NCBI GenBank assembly: GCA_963706325.1
Contig: CAVPLT010000001.1
Location: 608,001 to 672,000 of the forward strand
DNA from: an uncultured Nitrospiraceae bacterium
GTDB lineage: Bacteria > Nitrospirota > Nitrospiria > Nitrospirales > Nitrospiraceae
DNA: 64,000 nt
Direction: 5' to 3'
Shown here: in pieces, positions 48,977 through 58,916 of the stretch
How positions within the stretch are numbered: position 1 is the stretch's first letter
Layout of the letters: each line of letters begins with the position of its first letter
The notes under the pieces: model-generated
Databases searched by the model: none
Told to the model about the DNA's origin: nothing
What the model saw: only the letters and a program-made list of their open reading frames with translations
Position numbers and translations under genes: made by a program

Positions 48977-50086
48977 CTAGTGGTCGACGACGATTTCCAC
49001 GCGTCGATTTTTCTGTCGTCCTTCGGCTGTCGAGTTGCTGGCGATAGGCCGGCTGTCCGCATGTCCCTTGGCCTCGACCTTGTCCATGGCCATGCCGCCG
49101 TCGGTTAGCGCCTGACGTGCGTCTTCTGCGCGCGCTTGAGAGAGCTCGACGTTAGTTGGAAACTTCTTCGCCAGGCGACCCTTGATGGGCACATTATCCG
49201 TGTGACCAGCCACATGAATCGAACGATCCGGGTATTGCTTGAGTACCCCCCCGATGCGACGCAAGACATCCACTCCTCCCGTCTTGAGCATGGCCTCACC
49301 GGAATCAAACAGCAAAGTCGTGGCTAGGCCCAGGGTCAGCTGGTCGCCCAGCTGTTTCATTGTGACGTTGCCTTTTGCGACTTCGGCCTGAAGGAGGTTC
49401 GACAAATCATCTTTCGCCTCAGCAAGGCTGGTTTTCTGTTGTTCAAGGGCTCCCTTGAGGCCCACCATTTCGTGGTCACGTCGCGTAAGTTCGCTCTCAA
49501 GGTCTGAAGCCCGTTGTCTGGCGGCGGCCATGTCGGCGACGAGTTGTTCCTGTTGACCGGCGGCATTCTTCAATCCCGCCAGCTCGTGATCTCGCGCCTC
49601 CAGTTGCCGCTCCAATTCAGCAATGCGTTGCTTTGTCTGCGCCAACTCGGACGACAGACGATCTCGATCGCCGGCGCTGCTTTTGAGTGCCGTGACTTCC
49701 TGCTCTTTGGAGGAGAGTTGACGTTCCGCATCGGACAGTTGACTGGCGAGGCGATCCTTGTCGCCGGAGGCGTTGCGGAGCGAAGCCAATTCGCGGTCGC
49801 GCTGGCTGAGTTGGGATTCAAGCTCGGTGGCTCGGGCCTGGGCCTGGTCCAGATCGCCTGTGACCGAAGAACGGAGCCGTGCGAGTTCCGCGTCGGCGTG
49901 GACATTCTGCTGCTCGAGCTCGGCAATTCTGGTATCCCGCGGGTCGGCCTTTGGCGGGAGCGGCCTGTCCACCGCCTTCATTTCATTCAGGGCTCGGCTC
50001 GCGGAGTCATTGGGCACCGATGCAATTGTGCACGACGCGAGCAGCACGGTACTCAACATCAGGGGAAGAATGCGGGCGTCTTTCAC
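48977..50086 (-). CDS. Coiled-coil lipoprotein with C-terminal OmpA/MotB domain
   Basis: LASC lipobox, about 38-aa coiled-coil repeats, VAGHTDN...LSQARA...NRRVE. GTG start after GAGGAG. Confidence 0.87.
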   Translation of the reverse strand: MKDARILPLMLSTVLLASCTIASVPNDSASRALNEMKAVDRPLPPKADPRDTRIAELEQQNVHADAELARLRSSVTGDLDQAQARATELESQLSQRDRELASLRNASGDKDRLASQLSDAERQLSSKEQEVTALKSSAGDRDRLSSELAQTKQRIAELERQLEARDHELAGLKNAAGQQEQLVADMAAARQRASDLESELTRRDHEMVGLKGALEQQKTSLAEAKDDLSNLLQAEVAKGNVTMKQLGDQLTLGLATTLLFDSGEAMLKTGGVDVLRRIGGVLKQYPDRSIHVAGHTDNVPIKGRLAKKFPTNVELSQARAEDARQALTDGGMAMDKVEAKGHADSRPIASNSTAEGRQKNRRVEIVVDH

Positions 50087-50159
50087 GTGACCCTCCTCAA
50101 ACGCATCAAGGCCGCTGAAGGCGTCCAAGCGGCACGAACGAATCATGGGCGTGAACAGC

Positions 50160-50585
50160 TTAGGGACGTTTATTTTTCAAAAGGTCCCGGATTTCCGTCA
50201 ACAGCACTTCTTCCTTGGGCGGGGCAGGAGGTGGACCGGGGGGGACTGCTTTCTTGAAGCGGTTCATTTGTTTGACCACCAGAAAAATTACGAAGGCAAG
50301 AATCGTAAAGTCGAGGAGGGTTTGCAGGAAGACACCGTAGTTGATGGTCGCCGCGCCTGCGGCTTTGGCGGCCGTCAGCGATTTTCCTTTGGCGTCCTCG
50401 GTCAATGGAATGAAGAGGCTGGAGAAATCCACTTTCCCCAGTAAGAGTCCGATGGGTGGCATCAGAATGTCACTGACGACGGAGGACACGATTTTTCCGA
50501 ACGCGCCACCGATGATGACTCCCACGGCCATGTCAAGCACATTGCCCTTCACGGCAAATTCTCTGAATTCACCCATCATGCTCAT
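50160..50585 (-). CDS. mscL: Large-conductance mechanosensitive channel
   Basis: [21 protein letters not shown] and LLTEIRDLL motifs. Confidence 0.97.
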   Translation of the reverse strand: MSMMGEFREFAVKGNVLDMAVGVIIGGAFGKIVSSVVSDILMPPIGLLLGKVDFSSLFIPLTEDAKGKSLTAAKAAGAATINYGVFLQTLLDFTILAFVIFLVVKQMNRFKKAVPPGPPPAPPKEEVLLTEIRDLLKNKRP

Positions 50586-50633
50586 TGTGCCACCTCCTTG
50601 ATCGAACGGATTAAGTGCCGCCGCCGCTTTCCC

Positions 50634-51746
50634 CTACTGTTTTCGGCTGGTGTCGAAGCCGTATCCCAGCGTGATCAGGTACAGGTTATCCGTGTCCGAG
50701 ACGCCGGGTGGCGGGTTCTTGTTGTAGCGCATCGTCCATTGAAGCCCACTCACCAGTCCTCCCCAGACTTTGAACCGCAAACCGCTGTCCACCGTCAGGT
50801 AGAGATCCTTCGAGTTGGCGAGCGATTGAAAGCCCTCCTGGAAGTGGTACAGGCTGACCTGATCGGCGCCCCAGAGCGGCCAATTCCATTTGATGGCCCA
50901 TCGGGCCCTCGTGCTGGACTTATCGTCGGCGAGCTTAAAATCTTCATTGAAGTAGGCCGCGCCGGTCTCTGCCCACAGTGTCATGTCTCTATAGATGCCT
51001 GCCAGGTCGCCACGATCCAGGATTTGAAATCCAGGCCCTGTGGAGAGGGCGGTGCGCAACTTCAAATCTTGAAAGGTGTCTTGTTCGAAATAGGCGGAGG
51101 CGAACCAATACCACCGCTTCGTGAGGAAAAAGTCAAGCTTGATGGTGCCGCGACTGTTTCGCACGAGGAGGCTTCCCGCGTCGTCGCCATATACATAACG
51201 ACCGAGGATTGTCAGGCGTAACGACTCACTGCGAGCGGTCAGCTCGCCGAGGAAACTTCCATTCCGCAGATGGCTGTTTCCTGTCGATTGCGAGAATCCC
51301 GCTTGGATAGCGCCGCTGTAGATGACGGCGGACTGGTTCACACCAAGGACGGAATCAAATGGAATGGCCATCGGGATCCCTGTGGGTGCGGCCTTCAAGA
51401 TCATCGTGCCGGGCTCACCGGGCTCTGTCGTTCCCACCACCGTGGTGCCTTCCTTCAGGCTGAACGGGATGGGACGATTGACCTCAAGTTTGGCCACGTT
51501 CGTCCACATGATCTTGACGACGTCGTTGCCGCCTGTCGGCCCGAAACTTGTCTTGATCTGTAGTTCACCCGCGGCCATACCGAGGACCTGCCCATAGATC
51601 ACCGTGCCGTCTTTGAGGGTGACGGAGTCTAGCGTCACCGCTCCGGGCACAGCATCCGGCGGAGCTGAGGGCTCTGCCCCCATGACCGATGTCGCCATTC
51701 CCATGCAGAGCACAGCGAAAACAAGGAATCTCTGTCGTCGCGTCAT
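50634..51746 (-). CDS. DUF481/YdiY-like outer-membrane beta-barrel protein
   Basis: Signal peptide, DSVTLKDGT beta domains, STGNS, EQDTFQDL and terminal ITLGYGF. Confidence 0.8.
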   Translation of the reverse strand: MTRRQRFLVFAVLCMGMATSVMGAEPSAPPDAVPGAVTLDSVTLKDGTVIYGQVLGMAAGELQIKTSFGPTGGNDVVKIMWTNVAKLEVNRPIPFSLKEGTTVVGTTEPGEPGTMILKAAPTGIPMAIPFDSVLGVNQSAVIYSGAIQAGFSQSTGNSHLRNGSFLGELTARSESLRLTILGRYVYGDDAGSLLVRNSRGTIKLDFFLTKRWYWFASAYFEQDTFQDLKLRTALSTGPGFQILDRGDLAGIYRDMTLWAETGAAYFNEDFKLADDKSSTRARWAIKWNWPLWGADQVSLYHFQEGFQSLANSKDLYLTVDSGLRFKVWGGLVSGLQWTMRYNKNPPPGVSDTDNLYLITLGYGFDTSRKQ

Positions 51747-52060
51747 GTCGTCATCCTCTCGAGTTTTGCGAACAGCCAATGTGTGAGCAGCGCACTGAGT
51801 GAGCCGCGCGGGGCATGTATAGATGATGCTGCGTAGGAGATCAATCCGTAGTGGCGAGTGCATCGAGCGGACGTCGTTCCGGTCTACCTGCACACATGAT
51901 GGTCGCTCTGGCGATCTTCAGCACACGTGAGCTGGAGGGAAGATCGAATTTGTCAGCCAGCGGTTAAGGCGGCGCATCTCATTTCTAGGAAGACCGGGCT
52001 CTTCGGGGGCCAGGCGTACGGAGGCGTCGAGTGGCCCCGTGAGGCGATGATCTATCCTGA

Positions 52061-52861
52061 TTAGGAGGGAGTGAGCAGGCGTACTTCGCGTTGCGGGAAC
52101 GGAATGTCCACTCCCTCGGCGCGGAACTGTTCAAGGATTGCCTGGTTGAGTTCGATTTGTGCAACCCCCACTGACGCCACCTTCACCCAGGGCCGGACGG
52201 AGAGTGTGATGGATGAATCGGCAAACGCTGTAATGCCGATGATGGGAGCTGGATCCGAGAGCACCAGCGGGTGCCGCGTTACGAGGCCGCGCAGCCTATC
52301 CAGGGTTTTGTCGATGTCGGTTCGGTAGGACACGCCAATGGAGAGATCCAGCTGCCGAATCGTGCCGAAGTTGTGCAGAATTTCTCCAACCACCTTTCGA
52401 TTCGGGATCACAATGTGGGAATGATCCGGATGCACGAGTGTGGTGGTGAAGATGTCAATCTTTGCAACTGCGCCATGCACGTTCAAGAGAGAGACGTGTT
52501 CGCCGACTCGGTAGGGCTTGGTGAAGATGATCGACAACCCAGCCACGACATTGCTGAGCACCCCTTGCAGAGCTAGTCCTACCCCCAGTCCGGCGACCCC
52601 GAGCCCGGCGACGAGCGGGGCGATTTGTAGGCCGAGTTGATCCAAGGCGATGAGGAGGCCCAGGATGACCACGAGGGCCTTAACCAGGCGCAGGAGCAGC
52701 AGGCGTAGCGGTGGCTCAAGCTCCTGCTGGTTAAGCCATCGCTCAAACAGTTTGCCGACGGACTTGGCGACGAACAGCGCCGCTATCAGGACAAGGACCG
52801 CCCCCATGATTCGGAAGCCATATTGCACGATATACTGGGTGACTAAATTTGCCAGCGACAT
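52061..52861 (-). CDS. mscS: Small-conductance mechanosensitive channel
   Basis: GLGVGLALQGVLSN, IPN and IPFPQRE motifs. Confidence 0.92.
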   Translation of the reverse strand: MSLANLVTQYIVQYGFRIMGAVLVLIAALFVAKSVGKLFERWLNQQELEPPLRLLLLRLVKALVVILGLLIALDQLGLQIAPLVAGLGVAGLGVGLALQGVLSNVVAGLSIIFTKPYRVGEHVSLLNVHGAVAKIDIFTTTLVHPDHSHIVIPNRKVVGEILHNFGTIRQLDLSIGVSYRTDIDKTLDRLRGLVTRHPLVLSDPAPIIGITAFADSSITLSVRPWVKVASVGVAQIELNQAILEQFRAEGVDIPFPQREVRLLTPS

Positions 52862-52879
52862 GCTGCCTCCCTGTGAATG

Positions 52880-54988
52880 TTACCGTCCGAGTAAGCCCTT
52901 CAACAGGTCCTTGCCTTGCTGTTTCAGATCTTCCGGCTTTGCGTCGCCTTTTAAGAGATCAACCATCGCGCCCTTGACCTTCTCCTTCACCTGTTCCTGG
53001 ACCTTGCCGGCAAACATTTTTGTATCGAGTCCATACGAAGGGGCCTGCGTACTTCCTGTAATGAGCAGCGGAAGCGAGAGGCGGCCACCGCTCAGCGCCA
53101 CTCGTGCAATAGGGGAACCGGCCGCGATTTTTTGACTCAAGGCCTGCGAGAGATCCAGGCTCAGCTTCATGTTCAAGGAGTGATCTAGGCCGATCGTGCC
53201 GCCCCCCGTGGCTTGAAAATCATGGCTGTCCATGAGCAACCGCTGGACGGCGATGACGCCTTGTTTGACGGCGAACTCACTTTCGATCGTTGAAAAGGCA
53301 GTTGCTTTGGCACTATCCAGCGACACGCCGGCGACCTTGAGTAGCATCGCCGCCTCTTGCAGCAGATTAATCCCTTCAACTTTGCCCTCTTTCACCGCCA
53401 TCCGCCCGGTTCCCACGAGCGCCTTCACGAGGTCGGGGTGGGTGAACCCACGACCATTTACTGCCAGCTCGGCTCCGGCCGTGCCGCTCACGGAAATCTG
53501 ATCGGTGCCGACGGCCTGGAGAGCGGGTCCGAGTTGGAGCCCTTGCAGCGAAACCGTGCCGCTGAAGGGCGGCGTCACGGTTCCAAGCACGAGCGTCCCT
53601 TGCGTGCGCAGGAATCCGCCGAAGAGTTCAAGCGAGAGATTGCTGAGGCGCACGTCCTGCCCCTTCATCTCTGCAGTGGCCTGCAGATCCTTGATCTCCA
53701 CTGGTTTTTTCAACGGGAGTGTGAGCGGCAGGTCCGCGGTATTGACCAGTTTTGAGTTGGCGGTGACTTTGGCCAGCCCGCCTAAGCCAGATCCCTTCAC
53801 CTCGATACGCGAGCTTCCCATGGCCACGATCATTCCCAGGTCAGGGACCTCTGCCGACTCAAGCGGTGTGGCGCCAGCTTTGAGCGGATACTTGGCGCGT
53901 GCGTTGAGATGAAGGTCTTTCAGTTCAATCGGTTTCGTGAGGGGGACTGCGACCGGAAGGTCCGACGAATTGATGCTGGCTGACGCGGCTGTCAGATTGG
54001 CTAGGCCTTTCGTGGCGGTGCCTTTCACATTGATGGCGGAACCGCCCATGACCAGGGTCAGGCCCAGATCGTTCACATCGACCTGGTTAACGGCAGGCAC
54101 GTCAGGTAAAAGCGGGTACTGGGCGTGGAGGGTGAGATGCAGGTCCTTGACCTGGACTGGTCTCGTCAGTGGGAGCGTGACTGGAAGGTCGGTTGTGTCG
54201 ATCTGGAGAGCGGCGACGGTGGCGTCCAAATTTCCGCCCATGGCTCGTCCTTTGAGACTCAAGGCAATTTTGCCCAATTCAAGGTTGAAGCTGAATAATT
54301 TCAGGTCGAGAGTTTCCACGAGGGGTCCGAAGGACCCGTCTAGTCGCACCGGAAGGTTGTAGGGTTGTACAGTTGCGCCCAGGTGTACGCGGGGACTCTC
54401 GCCGAGATGGACCGACGTGAGAAGAAATTCGAGATCGTTGACCGTGTACTCCGTCGGTTTCGAAGTTGATTCGTCGCGGTAGGTCAGTTTGCCGCCGTCG
54501 ATCGAGACTCGGTCTACGGCAAAAAGGGCCAGGGCTTGAAGCGGACTTCCCGCTGGCTGCCCGGGTGTCTCTGGTTTCGAGGGGGTGGACGGAGCCTGCG
54601 GTTTGGCGCCGAGAGTGGACACATTCAACTGGCCTTGGGCATTCTTCAGGACGGTGATGACGGGATCCCGCAGGGTAATTTCTTCCACTTCGACCTTGCC
54701 CCCGAGCAAAGGAAGAAGTTTCACTCCGACATCCAGCGACGAGAGGGACGCGAAAGGGCCGGCGCGAAAAGCCAGATCGTCCTGGATGATAAATCCGCCG
54801 ATGCGTGCGCCGATGCGCGGCCAGATGGTGAGCCGGATGTCCTTGAGTTCGACTTTTCGGTTTAGTGCCTCTTCCATCAATGGCCGGTATCGATCCTGAT
54901 ATTTATTCAGATCGATAAGAAAGGGCAGCGCCACGATCAGGATGATGAGCAACAGAATGACCACACCGACCCCGATCAGGATTTTCAT
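52880..54988 (-). CDS. AsmA-family protein
   Basis: N-terminal TM, PFLIDLNKY...ALNRKV, V.LLPLL.GKVEV and C-terminal LPLLITGS..P. Confidence 0.88.
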   Translation of the reverse strand: MKILIGVGVVILLLIILIVALPFLIDLNKYQDRYRPLMEEALNRKVELKDIRLTIWPRIGARIGGFIIQDDLAFRAGPFASLSSLDVGVKLLPLLGGKVEVEEITLRDPVITVLKNAQGQLNVSTLGAKPQAPSTPSKPETPGQPAGSPLQALALFAVDRVSIDGGKLTYRDESTSKPTEYTVNDLEFLLTSVHLGESPRVHLGATVQPYNLPVRLDGSFGPLVETLDLKLFSFNLELGKIALSLKGRAMGGNLDATVAALQIDTTDLPVTLPLTRPVQVKDLHLTLHAQYPLLPDVPAVNQVDVNDLGLTLVMGGSAINVKGTATKGLANLTAASASINSSDLPVAVPLTKPIELKDLHLNARAKYPLKAGATPLESAEVPDLGMIVAMGSSRIEVKGSGLGGLAKVTANSKLVNTADLPLTLPLKKPVEIKDLQATAEMKGQDVRLSNLSLELFGGFLRTQGTLVLGTVTPPFSGTVSLQGLQLGPALQAVGTDQISVSGTAGAELAVNGRGFTHPDLVKALVGTGRMAVKEGKVEGINLLQEAAMLLKVAGVSLDSAKATAFSTIESEFAVKQGVIAVQRLLMDSHDFQATGGGTIGLDHSLNMKLSLDLSQALSQKIAAGSPIARVALSGGRLSLPLLITGSTQAPSYGLDTKMFAGKVQEQVKEKVKGAMVDLLKGDAKPEDLKQQGKDLLKGLLGR

Positions 54989-55131
54989 CAGGCACCTCCG
55001 CTAAAATAGTGCCGCAGTATAGAAACGCTCGACAAGTCGGTCAATGGCTGCGGCTACATGATGGCCAGGCCTTACCTTGCCGCTCACAGACCTGCGTGAT
55101 AAGATGCGACCCCTTGAAGTCGTCCGATCGC

Positions 55132-55221
<90 letters not shown>

Positions 55222-55291
55222 TATATCACTCGCTCGATCGCCGTCACGAGCCCAGGTGTTGACGAGCGGAGAAGGCCTGCGCGTATTATTC

Positions 55292-55392
55292 GGGGCCGGG
55301 CCCTGTGCAATAGAACCCTGTGAATTCCGCCAGGTCCGGAAGGAAGCAACGGTAAGCGGTCCGTTCTGTGTGCCGCAGGATCACCTGGCCCC
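55292..55392 (+). ncRNA. ffs: Signal recognition particle RNA (small bacterial type)
   Basis: CAGGTCCGGAAGGAAGCAAC domain-IV motif, GGGGCC/GGCCCC terminal pairing, poly-T after, located upstream of dnaX. Confidence 0.92.
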
Positions 55393-55482
55393 ACTTTTTT
55401 TTCCGATAGCGTGAGTTGTACGCCTCATGCAGGACTATAAGCAGGCGCGATATTTGCCATGCAGGGCAGTCAAGGTCATAAA

Positions 55483-57354
55483 ATGGATTACCAAGTTTCC
55501 GCGAGAAAATTCCGGCCCGGGACGTTTGACGATGTGATCGGGCAGCCGCATGTCGTGCAGACGCTGATGAATTCGATCGCCACGAAGCGCATCGCCCATG
55601 CGTTTCTCTTTTCCGGAACCCGCGGCGTTGGAAAAACGACGATCGCACGGATCTTGGCGAAGGCGCTCAATTGTGAGCAAGGGCCGACGGGGATGCCCTG
55701 CAATACCTGTGCGAATTGCCTGGAGATTACGCAGGGGACGTCGGTGGATGTGATCGAGATCGACGGGGCATCGAACACCAGCGTCGACGATGTCCGCGAG
55801 ATTCGCGAGAATGTGAAATTTGCCCCGTTCCGGGGACAGTATCGGGTCTATATTATCGACGAAGTGCACATGCTCTCCAACTCGGCGTTCAACGCATTGT
55901 TGAAAACGTTGGAAGAGCCCCCTGCCCATGTCGTGTTTATCTTCGCGACGACGGAAATTCACAAAATTCCCGCGACGATTCTGTCGCGTTGCCAGCATTA
56001 TAACTTTCGCCGCATTTCAAAAGCCGAGATTGTGCAGCGGCTTCGACACGTCGCGGGGCAAGACGGGTTAACCATCGAAGATCGGAGCCTCATGGCCCTC
56101 GCACGCGCCAGTGAAGGCAGCATGCGTGACGGCCTCAGTCTGTTGGATCAAATTATTGCGTTCGGCGGCAAGACGATACGGCATCAAGATCTTGAAGCCC
56201 TCCTGGGCGCAGTTCCTCAGGAACGAGTACGAGCCATGATCGAAGCCGTGATCGAGCAAAACAGTCCGAGGGCGTTGCAGGTGATCGCCGGATTGTTGGA
56301 TCAAGGGCACGATGTGCGCGCCTATTGTGCCGGTCTTGTGGAGTATGTGCGGAACATGTTGGTTGCAGCGGTGGTGCCGTCGGGACCTGATTTGCGGGGG
56401 CTTATCGAGGCTTCCGAAGAGGATCTGGTTCAGCTGGTCCGCGATGCCGAGCGGTTCACCGTCGAGCAATTGCAGGAATTATTTCGTATGTGTGCGGCAG
56501 CGGAAGATAGTTTGCGTGCGAGCGCGCATCCGCGGTTTGTGCTGGAGACCGTGGCGGTGCGTGCTACCCGACTGTTACGGGTCTCCAATGGCTTGCCGGC
56601 AGCGGCGGTTCAGGCAGCTCAACTGGACAAACCGTCAGCCGAGCGTCGATTAGGTGGCCAAGTGCCGTTGCAGTCGCCGGAGCGAGCTGGGCAGTCTGGC
56701 GTGACCAGAGACGTTGGCACACGAGTCACTCAAAATGCCGCAAGGGAGGCGCCTGCAGCTGGCAAGAGCGGTCCGAAGGCATCGGCCAAGGGCTGTTCTC
56801 CTGACACGGTACCCGCCTCTGTTCCGAGACCAGCTCCTCACACGTTGAATCCAGAGATCGCCCCGGCTCCCTCCGAGCCGGTTCTACCAGTGCGTGAAGC
56901 GGCGGCCGTCTCCACGGTGCCGCCTACTGCGGTGGAGGTCAACTGGGAGCAATTTCAAGCGGCGGTTACGGCGAACCATCCGAATATTGCCCCGTTTCTT
57001 GAAATGGGGCGATTGGTCGGGATTGAAGGCGCATTGATTACGCTGGGGTTTGCCAAGCAGGCGACCGTGGCCCGGGCGATGTTGGAGAAAGAAGACAATC
57101 TCCGGGCCTTGGCGGCCCTGGGCGAAGACCTCTACGGCTGTGCCGTACGGATTCGAATTGTGGAAGTGGCGGCGCAGGAGCCAGGGGCCGCACCCACCAT
57201 GAAGCAAATACGGATTGCGAAAGAGCAGGAACAGCGCCTCATTTTGACGCAACAGGCGAAGGCGCATCCCCTTGTCAAGCAAGCGCTGGAGATGTTCGGT
57301 GGAGAACTGGCGGAGGTTAGGACGACCGTTCCGGTGCAGGAGGTGCAAGAATGA
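55483..57354 (+). CDS. dnaX: DNA polymerase III subunit gamma/tau
   Basis: ARKFRP, GTRGVGKTT, IIDEVHML and TILSRC motifs. Confidence 0.97.
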   Translation: MDYQVSARKFRPGTFDDVIGQPHVVQTLMNSIATKRIAHAFLFSGTRGVGKTTIARILAKALNCEQGPTGMPCNTCANCLEITQGTSVDVIEIDGASNTSVDDVREIRENVKFAPFRGQYRVYIIDEVHMLSNSAFNALLKTLEEPPAHVVFIFATTEIHKIPATILSRCQHYNFRRISKAEIVQRLRHVAGQDGLTIEDRSLMALARASEGSMRDGLSLLDQIIAFGGKTIRHQDLEALLGAVPQERVRAMIEAVIEQNSPRALQVIAGLLDQGHDVRAYCAGLVEYVRNMLVAAVVPSGPDLRGLIEASEEDLVQLVRDAERFTVEQLQELFRMCAAAEDSLRASAHPRFVLETVAVRATRLLRVSNGLPAAAVQAAQLDKPSAERRLGGQVPLQSPERAGQSGVTRDVGTRVTQNAAREAPAAGKSGPKASAKGCSPDTVPASVPRPAPHTLNPEIAPAPSEPVLPVREAAAVSTVPPTAVEVNWEQFQAAVTANHPNIAPFLEMGRLVGIEGALITLGFAKQATVARAMLEKEDNLRALAALGEDLYGCAVRIRIVEVAAQEPGAAPTMKQIRIAKEQEQRLILTQQAKAHPLVKQALEMFGGELAEVRTTVPVQEVQE

Positions 57355-57674
57355 AGAGTCCGTTTGGGAACATGTCGAATATTTTGAAACAAGCGCAGGC
57401 CATGCAGGAGCAAATGGCTAAGGTGCAAGAGCAGGCAGCAGCCAAGACCGTTTCAGGAACTGCTGGTGGAGGCATTGTGACGGTGACGGTCAATGGGGCC
57501 ATGGACCTGGTCAGCGTGAAAATTGATCCGGAGGTTGTGAAGGCCGGCGATGTCGATATGCTCCAAGACTTGGTGGTGGCTGCCGGGAATGACGCCCTCA
57601 AGAAATCTCGCGACATGATGGCTGAGGAGATGAAGGCTGTGACCGGCGGGATGAAGATCCCAGGCCTCTTTTGA
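57351..57674 (+). CDS. ybaB: YbaB/EbfC nucleoid-associated protein
   Basis: KQAQAMQ, GTAGGG.V and MLQDLV motifs. Lies between dnaX and recR. Confidence 0.94.
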   Translation: MKSPFGNMSNILKQAQAMQEQMAKVQEQAAAKTVSGTAGGGIVTVTVNGAMDLVSVKIDPEVVKAGDVDMLQDLVVAAGNDALKKSRDMMAEEMKAVTGGMKIPGLF

Positions 57675-57746
57675 GTTCTCGATGCGACGGATTTGGATGG
57701 GCGGGTGAATTGTTCTTACGTCCGTTCCGATACGTGAACACACTTC

Positions 57747-58349
57747 ATGAGTATTGATCAGCAGGGGCTGTTGGCAAAACTGGTGCGAGAGTTGGTCCGC
57801 TTGCCTGGAATTGGCCAGAAGAGTGCGCAACGGTTGGCTTTTCATATTCTGAAGTCGGAACGAGAAGATGCTCTGCGCTTGTCTGAAGCAATTCAGGCCG
57901 TGAAGGATGGTCTGTCCTTTTGCCTCCAATGTCGCAACATTGCCGAAGAAGAGCTCTGTGAATTTTGCCGGGATCCCAAGCGCGATCGAACGAAGATCCT
58001 TGTGATCGAAGAGCCGAGCACGCTGTATGCGATCGAGCGGGCTGGGGGCTACCGTGGGCTCTATCATGTCCTGTTGGGGGTCCTGTCTCCATTGGACGGC
58101 GTCGGTCCCTCGGACATTCGCGCGGATGAACTGCTTGATCGGGTCAAGGCTGGAGGAGTGGAGGAAATTATTGTCGCCACGAACCCGACGATCGAGGGTG
58201 AGGCGACGGCTATCTATTTGACCCGTCTATTGAAGCCGCATCACGTGCGGGTCTCGCGTATCGCATATGGAATTCCAGTTGGAATGGACATAGAATATGC
58301 GGACGAAGTCACGTTGATGAAGTCTATTGAGGGCAGAAGAGATCTTTGA
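57747..58349 (+). CDS. recR: Recombination mediator RecR
   Basis: LPGIGQKSAQRLA, C4 zinc finger and ATNPTIEGEATA motifs. Confidence 0.97.
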   Translation: MSIDQQGLLAKLVRELVRLPGIGQKSAQRLAFHILKSEREDALRLSEAIQAVKDGLSFCLQCRNIAEEELCEFCRDPKRDRTKILVIEEPSTLYAIERAGGYRGLYHVLLGVLSPLDGVGPSDIRADELLDRVKAGGVEEIIVATNPTIEGEATAIYLTRLLKPHHVRVSRIAYGIPVGMDIEYADEVTLMKSIEGRRDL

Positions 58350-58445
58350 CGGCAGGGCTGATTGACCGCTTCGGATTGAGACTGCTATAGTCAAATTTTC
58401 GACCCTGTCCGAGGACAATACCGGCGTAACGAAATCGAGTATTTA

Positions 58446-58853
58446 ATGAAGACTCCAGCAAAAAACTCTTCCACTGATCGGCCGCAGCCCACTAAGCCAA
58501 ACGGAGTTAAGTATCCTGATATCCTGCAGGATCTTGAAGCGCAACGGGCAGCGATTTTAGCTGAGGCCGGGGTGGTGCTGACCAGTCCAACGGGTCTGGA
58601 AATTTTCCCGGATGTAAGTGATCAGGCTTCTGCAGAGGCCGACCAGCACTTTTCATTTCGGATTCGGGAGCGGGAGCAGAAATTACTTAAGAAAATCGAC
58701 GAGGCCCTTAGCCGTTTCGCCACTCAGACGTACGGTGTTTGTGTTCGCTGCGGCGGAGATATTCCTTACAAGCGTTTGAAAGCCCGCCCCGTCACGACGT
58801 TATGTATCGAGTGTAAGACGAGTCAGGAAGAGGAAGAAAAGTCACCCCGCTAG
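58446..58853 (+). CDS. dksA: DksA/TraR C4 zinc-finger protein
   Basis: DVSDQA coiled-coil tip and YGVCVRCG...RLKARP...CIECK. Confidence 0.88.
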   Translation: MKTPAKNSSTDRPQPTKPNGVKYPDILQDLEAQRAAILAEAGVVLTSPTGLEIFPDVSDQASAEADQHFSFRIREREQKLLKKIDEALSRFATQTYGVCVRCGGDIPYKRLKARPVTTLCIECKTSQEEEEKSPR

Positions 58854-58916
58854 CGCTGAACCATACCCAATCCGGCTAAACCCACGACTATTGTTTGATA
58901 CCGTCTCTTGTGTGTT

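Noticed and set aside
55483..57354. Programmed frameshift in dnaX
   Set aside because: No A-AAA-AAG or long poly-A slippery site was seen.
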